From: a virus
Taxonomy: Duplodnaviria > Heunggongvirae > Uroviricota > Caudoviricetes
Strand: one strand, 5' to 3'
Virus record (IMG/VR): IMGVR_UViG_3300009008_000004
Location: 146,004-182,719 of that record
Length of the DNA: 36,716 nt
Part shown: piece after piece, positions 36,433 to 36,716 of the stretch
How positions within the stretch are numbered: position 1 is the stretch's first letter
How the letters are laid out: each line of letters starts with the position of its first letter
Notes under the pieces: generated by a model
What the model saw: only the letters and a program-made list of their open reading frames with translations
Databases searched by the model: none
Told to the model about the DNA's origin: nothing
Made by a program: the position numbers and the translations under genes

Positions 36433-36612
36433 ATGCCATTCGATCTTGAAGAGGATTTCATACGACCGTTCCGCAAGGTCTTGATAGAGGAGGGGGCGAA
36501 GGTCTTATGCCCCCGATGCAACAAGGGCCTCCAGCGGCTACCGGCCTACCTGCAAAAGAGATTTCCCCAAGAGAAGAATCTGTGGTGCCCGCGTTGCGGG
36601 CATAAGGAGTAA
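36433..36612 (+). CDS. 59-aa zinc-ribbon protein
   Basis: AGGAGG RBS; CPRC twice; absent from the ORF track. Confidence 0.7.
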   Translation: MPFDLEEDFIRPFRKVLIEEGAKVLCPRCNKGLQRLPAYLQKRFPQEKNLWCPRCGHKE

Positions 36613-36614
36613 CA

Positions 36615-36716
36615 ATGACCAATAAGCTATATGTGATGGAGTACCTGGTAATCCGAGAAGGCATGGAACCCCGAGATTCCCATGTGCGGATTGAGCTGCG
36701 AAAACATGCTCCCGAC
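36615..36716 (+). CDS. hypothetical protein, 3'-partial
   Basis: AAGGAG RBS; frame is open to the window edge. Confidence 0.55.
   Translation, partial: MTNKLYVMEYLVIREGMEPRDSHVRIELRKHAPD

Noticed and set aside
1-36716. Stop-codon reassignment
   Set aside because: Long genes are intact under the standard code, and TAA, TAG and TGA all end genes just before the next RBS or terminator.

Overview
This looks like a fragment of a large (jumbo-type) tailed bacteriophage genome. No host housekeeping genes are present and the standard genetic code is used. The minus strand carries late or virion-type genes: a tape-measure-like protein, two tail/baseplate-like proteins, a sigma70-like factor, a nucleotidyltransferase-phosphoesterase-ligase (LigD-like) fusion, a GNAT fusion, and basic proteins sharing EKIA-like and V[KR]AH-R motifs. 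The plus strand carries many short early-type genes in units that begin at a recurring GGTATAAG promoter motif, often next to a 15-bp TATCTC-N3-GAGATA palindrome, and end at hairpins. The window is rich in RNA elements. The most striking is a conserved-looking 260-aa gene followed directly by a ~400-nt structured region holding a circularly permuted, anticodon-less tRNA-like domain (T-arm and acceptor-CCA before acceptor and D-arm, i.e. Y-RNA/YrlA-like topology), with no Ro60 gene in the window. There is also a complete tmRNA with a long 34-codon tag and an insertion scar at its 3' end, plus three further promoter-driven structured RNAs. All protein family calls come from motif recognition by eye; no database search was run.
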